The position numbers were made by a program, and so were the translations under genes. A stretch of 64,000 nt of DNA from Betaproteobacteria bacterium (lineage in GTDB: Bacteria > Pseudomonadota > Gammaproteobacteria > Burkholderiales > SG8-39), in contig CANIIA010000003.1 of NCBI GenBank assembly GCA_947467435.1, forward strand, positions 12,215-76,214, written 5' to 3'. Positions 1 to 8,984 of this stretch are shown here, one piece after another. Position 1 is the stretch's first letter. Every line of letters starts with the position of its first letter. The notes under the pieces were generated by a model. The model was not told the DNA's origin, made no database searches, and saw only the letters and a list, made by a program, of their open reading frames with translations.

Positions 1-359
1 CACGCACCGAGCACCTCGCGTAACAATCGAAAGTACGCGCGACGATCGCGTGGTTGTGTCGTTGGTTGTGTCGTTGGTTGTGTCGTTGCGTGCGCAGCAA
101 GCAACAACTCCGCCTGATACTCATTCAGTGCTGGGCGCACTAGCGGCGTGTGTGTCCACTGCGCAGCCTGCGCAATCCCTTGCCAGGTTTCACGGTGACG
201 TCGCAAATTACCCATGTAGACCGCATCAAATCGCACCTCGTGCTCTGCAAAATATTCACCCAACCACTGCGCCTGTTGGTGTCCGAGCGGCGTGAGCCGA
301 TCGTAATCGTCTGTACCAAACGCGGCTTGTCCGTGTCGTACCAAATAAATTGCACCCAT
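1..359 (-). CDS. histidine phosphatase (phosphoglycerate mutase-like) family protein; N-terminal part only, the C-terminus lies beyond the left window edge
   Basis: Absent from the ORF track because it runs off the edge. My own translation from ATG 359..357 gives MGAIYLVRHGQAAFGTDDYDRLTPLGHQQAQWLGEYFAEHEVRFDAVYMGNLRRHRETWQG... It has the RHG catalytic motif and a second Arg/His block. The frame has no stop down to base 1. Confidence 0.75.
   Translation of the reverse strand, partial: MGAIYLVRHGQAAFGTDDYDRLTPLGHQQAQWLGEYFAEHEVRFDAVYMGNLRRHRETWQGIAQAAQWTHTPLVRPALNEYQAELLLAAHATTQPTTQPTTQPRDRRAYFRLLREVLGA
51..86. repeat. perfect 12-bp tandem repeat, 3 copies (tggttgtgtcgt)x3
   Basis: Direct reading: 51-62, 63-74 and 75-86 are identical. 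On the minus strand the repeat is in frame with the phosphatase CDS and encodes TTQP-TTQP-TTQP. Confidence 0.95.
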
Positions 360-390
360 AAGGATATTTCGCTGACGTGTTGTGGATCGA

Positions 391-1266
391 TTACAAGAAA
401 GTGACGACGGCTTCAATTTGATCGGCATGCAAAAAGGTTGGGGCATGTCCTACACCGGCAAACTCGATCACCTCAGTCCGAGGACCGCGCTGTTGCATTT
501 GCACGCACGTGTCAGTAAGCAACAAATCCGACGCGGCGCCACGTAACACGCGTACCGGACAGCGGATCGCGTCCCACACCGACCACAGCGCTAGATCTTG
601 CGCTGGCAAAGCACGTGCGTAGGCATCGGCGATCCGCGGATCGTAATGCATGCGCCATCCGCCGTCGTCGTTTTGTCGTACCACCACCTCAGTAAGAAAT
701 CGCCATTGCGCATCCGAGTGTGGGCCAAACGGTGCGCTGACGGTACGCACATAGGTGACCGCTTGCTCAAACGTTTCAAACAAGGGCGCTTTACCTAAGT
801 ATTGTCCAATGCGCTGTAAGGCACGTAGCGTAATCACCGGACCGGCATCATTGATCAACATGCGCGAGATCGGGCTGTTTGGCATCGCGGCGAGTGCCAT
901 GCCAATTAACGCACCCATCGAGGTCCCCACCCAGCGCACTTGCGGCACATCTAAACGCGCTAACAAAGTCACCATATCTGATACATATTGCGGCACGTGG
1001 TAATGCGTTGGATCGACCAGCCAATCAGACGCACCGCGCCCAACCACATCTGGACAAATCACCCGAAAGCGTGACGCCAGTGTTTGCGCTAACTGGTCAA
1101 AGTCGCGCCCAGCACGCGTGAGTCCATGCACACAAATCACCACCTCAGGATTGCGTGGATCACCCCACTCAAGATAAGCCATGTGATGTAGTCCTCCAGG
1201 GGAAAGACATTGCACACGACGCGATTGGGCTTGCATAAAGGGGCGCTCCAATAAACGAACCCGCAA
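391..1266 (-). CDS. alpha/beta-fold hydrolase
   Basis: 291-aa ORF with 'VICVHGLTRAGRDF' (HG oxyanion region), nucleophile elbow 'GTSMGA' (G-x-S-x-G) and a C-terminal 'GVGHAP' His. The start may instead be the internal Met (MQAQ...). Confidence 0.8.
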   Translation of the reverse strand: MRVRLLERPFMQAQSRRVQCLSPGGLHHMAYLEWGDPRNPEVVICVHGLTRAGRDFDQLAQTLASRFRVICPDVVGRGASDWLVDPTHYHVPQYVSDMVTLLARLDVPQVRWVGTSMGALIGMALAAMPNSPISRMLINDAGPVITLRALQRIGQYLGKAPLFETFEQAVTYVRTVSAPFGPHSDAQWRFLTEVVVRQNDDGGWRMHYDPRIADAYARALPAQDLALWSVWDAIRCPVRVLRGAASDLLLTDTCVQMQQRGPRTEVIEFAGVGHAPTFLHADQIEAVVTFL

Positions 1267-1302
1267 ATGCTAACAGAGCGCGCGTAAACAGCGTTGTGGT
1301 GT

Positions 1303-3816
1303 TTACTCGTTGGGGAGATGCCAATAACGCGCACGCAATTGTCTTTGTGTGGCGAGTGTCACACCTTGGGCGCCGAGCTGGACATCAATCGCGCCATCCT
1401 GGTCTGTGCGCAACACCTTGGCACCGAGTTCGCGATAGCGCGCCACAATCTCAGCGCGCGGGTGACCAAATCGATTGCGATAACCCGCCGACACCAATAC
1501 CCAACGCGGCTTGACCGCTGCTAAAAACGTCGGCGTTGAAGAGGTACGACTCCCATGGTGCGGCGCGAGTAACACTTGAGCATGTAACGATTGTTCATCG
1601 TTTGCCACCAAAGACGCTTCGGCTTGCGCTTCAATGTCACCAGTGAATAACATGCGCGCACCAGAAGCATCAATACGCAACACGCACGAACGATTGTTTT
1701 GACGTCTCACACGATCCTCGGAGGCTTGCGCCGTTGGATGCAACACCTCAAACACCACACCATCCCACAGCCAACGCATGCCTCGCTCACACGCTAAAGA
1801 CTGTGGTGCAAAAGCTAACACCGGATGATCTGGCGTCAAACTAGATATCACCGTGTCGACGTTGAGTTGCTCCAGCACAGCAATCGCACCACCACTATGG
1901 TCGAGGTCATCGTGCGATAACAGCAAGGTATCGAGCCGCGTCTCACCCAACGCGAGTAAATGTGGGACGATCACTCGCTCACCACTATCTGACTCGTTGC
2001 CGATTTGCGGACCGGCATCGTAGAGCAGCGCATGATGTGCCGTTTGCACTAACACCGCCAAGCCTTGACCAACATCGAGCACACGCACCCATGCCACCCC
2101 CGCTGGCGGACGCGCTGGTGTGTGCCACAACACCGGCACCAATAGCAGCACACCCGCCCAACGGCCAGGAAAACCGCGTGGCGCAAGCAACAGCACCACA
2201 CCCAATGCAGCACTACCTATGGCCCACCCTGCAGGTGCTGCGTGTTGCCACATCGCCCAAGGCCGCCACGCACACCACGTAAGAAATTTGATCAGCCACT
2301 GCATCAACAATGCAGTCAGCTGTAACAACGCATCAACAGGGACAATGGCAGCCAACAAGGCCAACGGCGTCACCACCACACTCACCCAAGGAATCGCGAT
2401 CGCGTTTGCCAGCGGCGCGACAAGAGAAATCTGACTAAACAACAACAATGAAGCGGGTGCCAGTCCCAGTGTGATTGCCCACTGTGTCTGCACCCATTGC
2501 AATGCGCTCTGCTGCAGACGCTGCAACCAATGTGCGTTGGGTGCGGTGTGTACAAACCATCCTTGTGTGACATAAAAAATTAATGCAACCGCAGTGAATG
2601 ACAACCAAAAACCTGGCGCCAATACCGCCCAAGGATCGATCAATAGCACCACGGCCATCGCTAACAACAACACGCGTGTTGCAGCGGGCACTGCAGACAA
2701 CCACATCGCAATCGCGACACTCGCCAACATAAAAAAAGTGCGCTGCGCTGGCACGCCAAAGCCAGCAAGTAAGGTGTAGCACCATGCGCCCATCACTGCA
2801 GCCAGTGCACCCGCCTTGCGTGTGGGTAAACCAAGCGTCAGGCGTGGCCAGCATCGCCAACACCACGTGACTAACCAAGCACACAACGCAGCGACCATGG
2901 TCACATGCAACCCAGAAATACTCATGAGGTGCGTGACACCGGTGCGATTAAAAATCCACCATTGGTTGGGATCAATCGCCCGCTGCTCACCAATGACTAA
3001 CGCAATCAGCACCGCTGCTGCAGGCGTTTGTCCTAACACCGTCGTAAACCGATCGCGAATCGACTCACGCAAACGTTCGATACCGTCATGCCAAGTACGT
3101 CGCATCCCCAATCGTTGCGCTAGCTGGGACGTGCGCACCACACCAGTTGCACCGATGCCTTGCGCGAATAACCACCCGGTGTAATCCATGTCACCTGGAT
3201 TAAGCTGACTATGCACGCGTCGCAAGCGCACTGGCAATTGCCAACGCTCACCCACACGCGGCAGTGATGTGCCCTCCATACGATCCGCAAGCAGACGATC
3301 GATAGGGGTCACGTCAAGCGACACCGCGGGATGTTGATACCACGTTAATCGCACACGTTGTGGCACCACAGTTGCGTGACTCAGTGTGGTTTGCGCACGT
3401 GAATCATCTTGTGGATTTGGCACACGCAAATCGCGCATTGATTCGACTTCAAATTCAAATCGCACCCCGCGCTCGATGCGCACCGGTAACGCACGCACAA
3501 CGCCAGTCAGCACTAGATCAACACCCTCAAGCTGGATTGGTAATCGATCGGCCAATCGTGCCTGTGCGCGCCACGTGGCATAGCTCGCCCCCAACACCGC
3601 GCAGAAGGCACACAGCACACAGCGCGCCAATATCTTGCGTTGATGACGATAAAACATCAGCATTAATAGGCTGCAGAGCACGGCAAGACTCCACAGTTGC
3701 GTGGCTGTCGGTAACTGCGCCTGACATTGCAGCCACCCCACGCCGAGCGCAAAGCCCAGCAGCGCAAGATTCAGTGGCATGATGTACAAGACCGCGCAAT
3801 CAACATGCTCGATCAA
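1303..3816 (-). CDS. comEC: DNA internalization-related competence protein ComEC/Rec2
   Basis: 837-aa ORF with a long polytopic membrane region and a C-terminal metallo-beta-lactamase domain ('LLLSHDDLDHSGG', 'LLAPHHGS'). The likely true start is Met13 (about 3780). Confidence 0.85.
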   Translation of the reverse strand: MIEHVDCAVLYIMPLNLALLGFALGVGWLQCQAQLPTATQLWSLAVLCSLLMLMFYRHQRKILARCVLCAFCAVLGASYATWRAQARLADRLPIQLEGVDLVLTGVVRALPVRIERGVRFEFEVESMRDLRVPNPQDDSRAQTTLSHATVVPQRVRLTWYQHPAVSLDVTPIDRLLADRMEGTSLPRVGERWQLPVRLRRVHSQLNPGDMDYTGWLFAQGIGATGVVRTSQLAQRLGMRRTWHDGIERLRESIRDRFTTVLGQTPAAAVLIALVIGEQRAIDPNQWWIFNRTGVTHLMSISGLHVTMVAALCAWLVTWCWRCWPRLTLGLPTRKAGALAAVMGAWCYTLLAGFGVPAQRTFFMLASVAIAMWLSAVPAATRVLLLAMAVVLLIDPWAVLAPGFWLSFTAVALIFYVTQGWFVHTAPNAHWLQRLQQSALQWVQTQWAITLGLAPASLLLFSQISLVAPLANAIAIPWVSVVVTPLALLAAIVPVDALLQLTALLMQWLIKFLTWCAWRPWAMWQHAAPAGWAIGSAALGVVLLLAPRGFPGRWAGVLLLVPVLWHTPARPPAGVAWVRVLDVGQGLAVLVQTAHHALLYDAGPQIGNESDSGERVIVPHLLALGETRLDTLLLSHDDLDHSGGAIAVLEQLNVDTVISSLTPDHPVLAFAPQSLACERGMRWLWDGVVFEVLHPTAQASEDRVRRQNNRSCVLRIDASGARMLFTGDIEAQAEASLVANDEQSLHAQVLLAPHHGSRTSSTPTFLAAVKPRWVLVSAGYRNRFGHPRAEIVARYRELGAKVLRTDQDGAIDVQLGAQGVTLATQRQLRARYWHLPNE

Positions 3817-3850
3817 CGAAACGTACTGTATTTAGAAGACACCTAACCCG

Positions 3851-4402
3851 ATGCCACGCAAGTTTTTACGTCTACACGTACCCAGTCCATCGCGCGTCTT
3901 ACAGCATCGGTGGTTGGCGCGTTACGCGCACTTTTTACAACACCCAAATTTGTGGCATCTCAACCGTCGCTCGGTCGCGGGCGGTGTCGCGATTGGTTTG
4001 TTGACTGGTCTGATTCCTGGGCCATTTCAAATGCCTGGTGCGGTGTTGCTGGCCGTGCCTTTGAAAAAAAATCTGCCGGTTGCACTCGCTACCACGCTGT
4101 ATTCCAACCCGCTGACCATCGTGCCACTTTATCTTGCCGCCTATGAAATTGGCGCATGGCTGATACACGATGCCTCGAGCGGCGTGGCGCCACAACCGTT
4201 TCATATCGACTGGATGCACCCCGCCGACGCCTTGATCGCTTTTGGGGATTGGGTGCTTGGCTTAGGTCCACCGTTATTGATTGGCCTCCCGGTACTCGCA
4301 ATCGCGCTTGCCATCAGCGGTTATGTTCTGGTGCGACTGGGTTGGCGTGCACACGTGCTGTGGTCTTGGCAACAACGCGCCCGCAGACGCCGACACCATT
4401 AA
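3851..4402 (+). CDS. DUF2062-like small membrane protein (function unknown)
   Basis: 183-aa ORF with a basic N-terminus, then 3-4 hydrophobic helices and a basic tail. It is divergent from comEC. The family assignment is from memory of the N-terminal block 'LQHPNLWHLNRRSVAGGVAIGL'. Confidence 0.55.
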   Translation: MPRKFLRLHVPSPSRVLQHRWLARYAHFLQHPNLWHLNRRSVAGGVAIGLLTGLIPGPFQMPGAVLLAVPLKKNLPVALATTLYSNPLTIVPLYLAAYEIGAWLIHDASSGVAPQPFHIDWMHPADALIAFGDWVLGLGPPLLIGLPVLAIALAISGYVLVRLGWRAHVLWSWQQRARRRRHH

Positions 4403-5091
4403 AGCGATACGTGCTGCGGTGAAATCAAACCATCTTCAATACGAATCACGCGTTGCGTGCGTGCCGCAAGCGCCATGTCGTGTGTAACGATGACAAAACT
4501 CGTTTGATGCGAGATCGATAACCCCACCATGGTCTCGAACACCGCATCCGCGGTTGCGGTATCTAGATTGCCAGTCGGCTCATCGGCTAACACGCACGCG
4601 GGTTTTGTAACTAAGGCACGCGCAAACGCGGCGCGCTGACGTTCACCCCCCGATAACTCTCCGGGGCGATGCGTCAAGCGTGCGCCCAAGCCCACCTCGT
4701 TGAGAACGCTGGCCGCACGCGCGAGCGCTTCGTCGCGCGGCATGCGTCGGATCAATAGCGGCATGGCCACGTTTTCAAGCGCTGAAAATTCCATCAATAG
4801 ATGATGAAACTGATACACAAAGCCCAGTGTTTGATTGCGCAGTTGGCTGCGCTGCGTCTCGGTGAGCGTTGCCAGATCACGGCCTTGCACCTCGACGCGT
4901 CCTGCGCTAGGAGCATCAAGGCCGCCTAACACATGCAGCAACGTGGATTTACCCGAACCCGATTTGCCGATAATCGCAATGCGCTCACCTGGAGCCACGC
5001 TCAAATCAATCCCGCGCAATACGTTCACGGGCGCAGTGCTGGTGTGATAGACCTTGGTCAACCCCACACAACGCAAAACCGGTTCATTCAT
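4399..5091 (-). CDS. lolD: lipoprotein-releasing ABC transporter ATP-binding protein LolD
   Basis: Walker A 'GKSGSGKST', signature 'LSGGERQR', Walker B 'VLADEPTG'. It overlaps the upstream LolC/E-type permease gene by 8 nt. Confidence 0.85.
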   Translation of the reverse strand: MNEPVLRCVGLTKVYHTSTAPVNVLRGIDLSVAPGERIAIIGKSGSGKSTLLHVLGGLDAPSAGRVEVQGRDLATLTETQRSQLRNQTLGFVYQFHHLLMEFSALENVAMPLLIRRMPRDEALARAASVLNEVGLGARLTHRPGELSGGERQRAAFARALVTKPACVLADEPTGNLDTATADAVFETMVGLSISHQTSFVIVTHDMALAARTQRVIRIEDGLISPQHVSL

Positions 5092-6409
5092 GGCGCAACG
5101 CCTCCGCCGGATTCACACGCGAGGCACGCCAACTGGGATACAACGTGGCAAAAAACGATAACAACAACGACACACCCGCAATACTGAATACGTCATTCCA
5201 ATGCACATCCGATGGCAAATCAGAAATGTAGTACACATCTTTAGCTAAAAATTGGACGTGAAAGGCACGCTCAATCGCAGGCACCACCACATCAATATTC
5301 AAGGCGAGTGTCACGCCAGCCAATAAGCCAAGCAGCGTACCGATCACACCAATGAGCGCACCCTGCACCATAAAAATTTGCATGATTCCCAATGGTGAAG
5401 CACCCAGGGTGCGCAAGATCGCAATATCTGCTTGCTTATCGGTCACCGCCATCACCAAGGTCGACACAATGTTAAAAGCTGCGACAGCCACAATCAGCAA
5501 CAAGATGATGAACATCACGCGTTTTTCGATTTCAACAGCACGAAAAAAATTGGCGTGACTACGGGTCCAATCGGCTGCATACACACCAGCGGGTAAATCC
5601 ACCATCAACTCACGTGCCACGGTGCGCGCAGCAAACAGGTCATCCAACTTTAACCGCACCCCAGAGACTGCATCGCCCATTTGATACAAACGCTGTGCGT
5701 CTTGCATGTGAATGAGCGCTAGCGAGGCGTCGTACTCAAACATGCCCATTTCAAACACACCGACCACGGTAAATTGTTTGATCCGGGGCATCACACCGGC
5801 TGGCGTCACCTGCCCTTGCGGCGCAATCAGCGCAACCCGATCTCCCGTGGTTACGGCCAATGCACGTGCCAATTCACTGCCCAACACAATGCCAAAGGCG
5901 CCTGGTTGCAACGCGCCGAGCGTGCCGCTACGCATTTGCTGGCCCATCCGCACAACGGTTTCTTCTTGTTCGGGCAACACGCCACGAATCACCGCACCAC
6001 GTACGGTTTGCCCAACACTTAACATCCCTTGTGCATTCACAAACGGTGCCGTCGCTTGCACGCGTGGGTGACGCGCTGCCTGCGCCGCGACCGCCGGCCA
6101 ATCCATCAGCTGATTCTCGGCGCTGGTGATCTGCACATGCGAGGCCACACCCAGAATGCGCGAACGCAATTCTTTTTGAAATCCATTCATCACAGACAAC
6201 ACGACCACGAGCGCGGCCACGCCCAAGGCAATGCCCGCCATGGAAATCAATGAAATAAAAGAAATGAAGTGATTGCGCCCATCTTGGCGCACATTCGCCC
6301 GCGTATAACGCAGGCCGACCAACCATTCATAGCGTGACAAGAGCATGAGTATCGAGCGCGAAAGGGGCATCGAGGATACTACAATGTGAACTCTGCGCTG
6401 CCGCGGCAT
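5084..6409 (-). CDS. lolC: lipoprotein-releasing system transmembrane subunit (LolC/LolE family, FtsX-like permease)
   Basis: 'LLSRYEWLVGLRYTR' N-terminus, a large periplasmic loop and a C-terminal FtsX-type 3-TM bundle. The real start is probably an internal Met (6370 or 6346). Confidence 0.8.
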   Translation of the reverse strand: MPRQRRVHIVVSSMPLSRSILMLLSRYEWLVGLRYTRANVRQDGRNHFISFISLISMAGIALGVAALVVVLSVMNGFQKELRSRILGVASHVQITSAENQLMDWPAVAAQAARHPRVQATAPFVNAQGMLSVGQTVRGAVIRGVLPEQEETVVRMGQQMRSGTLGALQPGAFGIVLGSELARALAVTTGDRVALIAPQGQVTPAGVMPRIKQFTVVGVFEMGMFEYDASLALIHMQDAQRLYQMGDAVSGVRLKLDDLFAARTVARELMVDLPAGVYAADWTRSHANFFRAVEIEKRVMFIILLLIVAVAAFNIVSTLVMAVTDKQADIAILRTLGASPLGIMQIFMVQGALIGVIGTLLGLLAGVTLALNIDVVVPAIERAFHVQFLAKDVYYISDLPSDVHWNDVFSIAGVSLLLSFFATLYPSWRASRVNPAEALRHE

Positions 6410-6448
6410 GCATCTGCTGCAGTTTGTGTTTTTTTCAGGAGCCCCCCC

Positions 6449-7444
6449 ATGGACCGACGTTTTTTCTCCGTGCGTTTGATGCTGAATGTGCTACTGACTG
6501 CCCTGGTTGGGTGTGGCATGTGCCTCACCTCGGTTGGCCTTGCGCAAACCTACCCTACGCGTAGCGTCAAAATGATTGTGCCGTTCCCGCCGGCGGGCGC
6601 CACCGACATCATTGGGCGCGTGGTGGCACAAAAACTCAGTGACCGCTGGGGGCAACCCGTGGTGGTTGAAAATAAACCCGGTGCAGGCGGCACGATTGGG
6701 TCCGAACAAGCCGCACGAGCGACGGCCGATGGGTACACCCTCCTCATGTCCACGGTGAGTACGCATGCTATCGGCCCATCGTTATCCAAATTACCCTATG
6801 ACGCGGTGAAAGATTTCGCGCCCATCTCATTGGTGGCGGATAGCGCCAACGTGTTGGTGGTAAGTCCTAAATTAGGCGTGAATTCATTGCGCGAATTTAT
6901 TGCATTGGCCAAAAAACAACCTGGCGTACTCACGTTTGCTTCGAGCGGTAACGGCACCAACCCGCATCTCACCGGCGAACTATTTAAACTGATGGCGGGG
7001 CTCGACCTCACCCATGTGCCTTACAAAGGCACCGCGTTATCGATTCCAGATTTAGCCAACGGTGGCGTGTCGTCGTTGTTTGATATCACCGTATCGGCGA
7101 TGCCACCGATAAAAGCTGGCCAAGTGAAACCCTTGGCCGTGACCAGCGCCAAACGCGCCGCGGCACTTCCCGATCTGCCGACGATGGCCGAAGCCGGCGT
7201 ACCCGGATTTGAATCCAGCGCGTGGTTCGGTTTATTTGCACCGGCCGGAACGCCGCGCGAGCTGATCAACCGCATTCATCAAGAGGTGGTCATCGTTTTA
7301 AAAGATCCTGAGCTACGCCAACGCTTTGCCAATGCTGGCGCAGATCCGGTGGGCAACACCCCCGAACAATTTGCGGCAGTGATCAAAGCGGATACCGAAA
7401 AATGGGCACGCGTCATCAAAGCGGGCAACATCCGCGTGCAATAA
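6449..7444 (+). CDS. Bug family (TctC-like) tripartite tricarboxylate transporter substrate-binding protein
   Basis: Signal peptide, then 'YPTRSVKMIVPFPPAGATDIIGR' and 'KLPYD' blocks typical of Bug proteins. The start is refined to MDRRFF (the ORF-track start at 6386 overlaps lolC). Confidence 0.8.
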   Translation: MDRRFFSVRLMLNVLLTALVGCGMCLTSVGLAQTYPTRSVKMIVPFPPAGATDIIGRVVAQKLSDRWGQPVVVENKPGAGGTIGSEQAARATADGYTLLMSTVSTHAIGPSLSKLPYDAVKDFAPISLVADSANVLVVSPKLGVNSLREFIALAKKQPGVLTFASSGNGTNPHLTGELFKLMAGLDLTHVPYKGTALSIPDLANGGVSSLFDITVSAMPPIKAGQVKPLAVTSAKRAAALPDLPTMAEAGVPGFESSAWFGLFAPAGTPRELINRIHQEVVIVLKDPELRQRFANAGADPVGNTPEQFAAVIKADTEKWARVIKAGNIRVQ

Positions 7445-7471
7445 CGTCGTCACCTAAAAAATTACCGCCCC

Positions 7472-8983
7472 GTGCAAGCCGTCGATTCTGAACAACTTGG
7501 TGTACAAGCCAATCAACTGCTGGCGAGTCCATTAGCGATCATTGATCTCGAAACCACAGGGGGTCATGCCCACTTAGATCGCATTACCGAAATCGCGGTC
7601 ATTGAAGTGGATGCAGGCGTCATCACCAACGTCTGGCAAACGTTGGTCAACCCGCACACCGGCATTCCACCGACGATTCAATCACTCACTGGCATCACCA
7701 ACGCCATGGTGGCGGATGCGCCCAGCTTTGCAACGCTTGCCCCGGACTTACTCGAGCGGCTGACTAACCGCATCGTGATTGCGCATAACGTGCGCTTTGA
7801 TTACGGCTTTTTAAAAGCGGCGTTCGCGCAAGCCGGCCTCACTTACCAAGCACGCACGCTGTGTACGGTGCGACTCTCACGCGCGTTGTATCCAGCATCA
7901 CCACGACACAACCTCGATACGTTGATCGCGCGCCATCAACTGCAATGCCCAGCGCGACATCGTGCACTAGGTGATGCGCAAGTACTTTGGCAATTCTTGC
8001 AATGCGCGCTCAGCGAACAAGGCCATCGTGCGGTGGATGCAGCCGTACGCGCACAGCTGAAACAGCCCAGCCTGCCACCTGCGTTAGATCGCGCGCAGAT
8101 CGACGCTATTCCAGATGCACCTGGTGTGTATTTTTTTTACGGCGACAACGACACGCCGCTATACATCGGTAAAAGCATTCACTTACGTTCGCGCGTGCTC
8201 TCCCATTTTTCTGCCGATCTCCGCTCGAGTAGAGAAATGCAAATCGCGCGTGCCGTGCGTCGTGTGGACTGGATCCGCACCGCAGGCGAACTCGGTGCTC
8301 TACTCAAAGAAGCACAACTGGTCAAAACGCATTTACCTATTTTTAATCGACAACTACGTCGCACTGGTACGCTCACCAGCATTGTGCTCAACCCACGCGA
8401 AGATTCAACCAACACCCGCGTCGCGCCACATGCACATCGCACTGTGCAGTTACACATTGAAGATCTGGCCAAACCACTCGATCATTCTGGCGCGATCCGC
8501 TACGGGTTATTTCGCTCGAAACGTACCGCGCTCAACACGCTGCGTACGTTGGCCGATACACATCAACTGTGCTTACAAACACTCGGGCTAGAACAAAGTA
8601 ATACTAACGGTGCGTGTTTTCGTCACCAAATTCAGCGCTGCGCAGGCGTGTGTGCCGGCAAAGAAAGCGCGATCGCCCATGACACCCGATTGCGTCTGGC
8701 GTTAAGTGCCATGCAATTTGTGCGTTGGCCTTGGCCAGGTCCGATTGGCATTCGCGAACAAGATCAAACCACAGAACACGAAGAGATGCATGTGATTGAC
8801 CAATGGTGCTATCTGGGCACAGCCACAGACGACACCGAGCTGCAGACCTTACTGCAACGCAGACAGCTAAGTATGCGTTTTGATCCGGATCAATACAAAT
8901 TACTCGTGCGCTATCTGACCCCGGCGCGGCGTGCGCGCGTCATTGACTTACACGAACACGCGCAACAAGCGCAGGCGGCTTAA
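7472..8983 (+). CDS. DnaQ-like 3'-5' exonuclease fused to a GIY-YIG (UvrC-N/Cho-like) nuclease domain
   Basis: DEDDh motifs: 'AIIDLETTG', 'IAHNVRFDYGFL', 'HRALGDAQV'. These are followed by the GIY-YIG block 'GVYFFYGDNDTPLYIGKSIHLRSRVLSHF'. GTG start. Confidence 0.75.
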   Translation: MQAVDSEQLGVQANQLLASPLAIIDLETTGGHAHLDRITEIAVIEVDAGVITNVWQTLVNPHTGIPPTIQSLTGITNAMVADAPSFATLAPDLLERLTNRIVIAHNVRFDYGFLKAAFAQAGLTYQARTLCTVRLSRALYPASPRHNLDTLIARHQLQCPARHRALGDAQVLWQFLQCALSEQGHRAVDAAVRAQLKQPSLPPALDRAQIDAIPDAPGVYFFYGDNDTPLYIGKSIHLRSRVLSHFSADLRSSREMQIARAVRRVDWIRTAGELGALLKEAQLVKTHLPIFNRQLRRTGTLTSIVLNPREDSTNTRVAPHAHRTVQLHIEDLAKPLDHSGAIRYGLFRSKRTALNTLRTLADTHQLCLQTLGLEQSNTNGACFRHQIQRCAGVCAGKESAIAHDTRLRLALSAMQFVRWPWPGPIGIREQDQTTEHEEMHVIDQWCYLGTATDDTELQTLLQRRQLSMRFDPDQYKLLVRYLTPARRARVIDLHEHAQQAQAA

Positions 8984-8984
8984 G

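Noticed and set aside
50-295. 81-aa plus-strand ORF beginning MVVSLVVSLVVSL
   Set aside because: It is the translation shadow of the 12-bp tandem repeat. The opposite strand carries a convincing RHG histidine phosphatase frame across the same bases.
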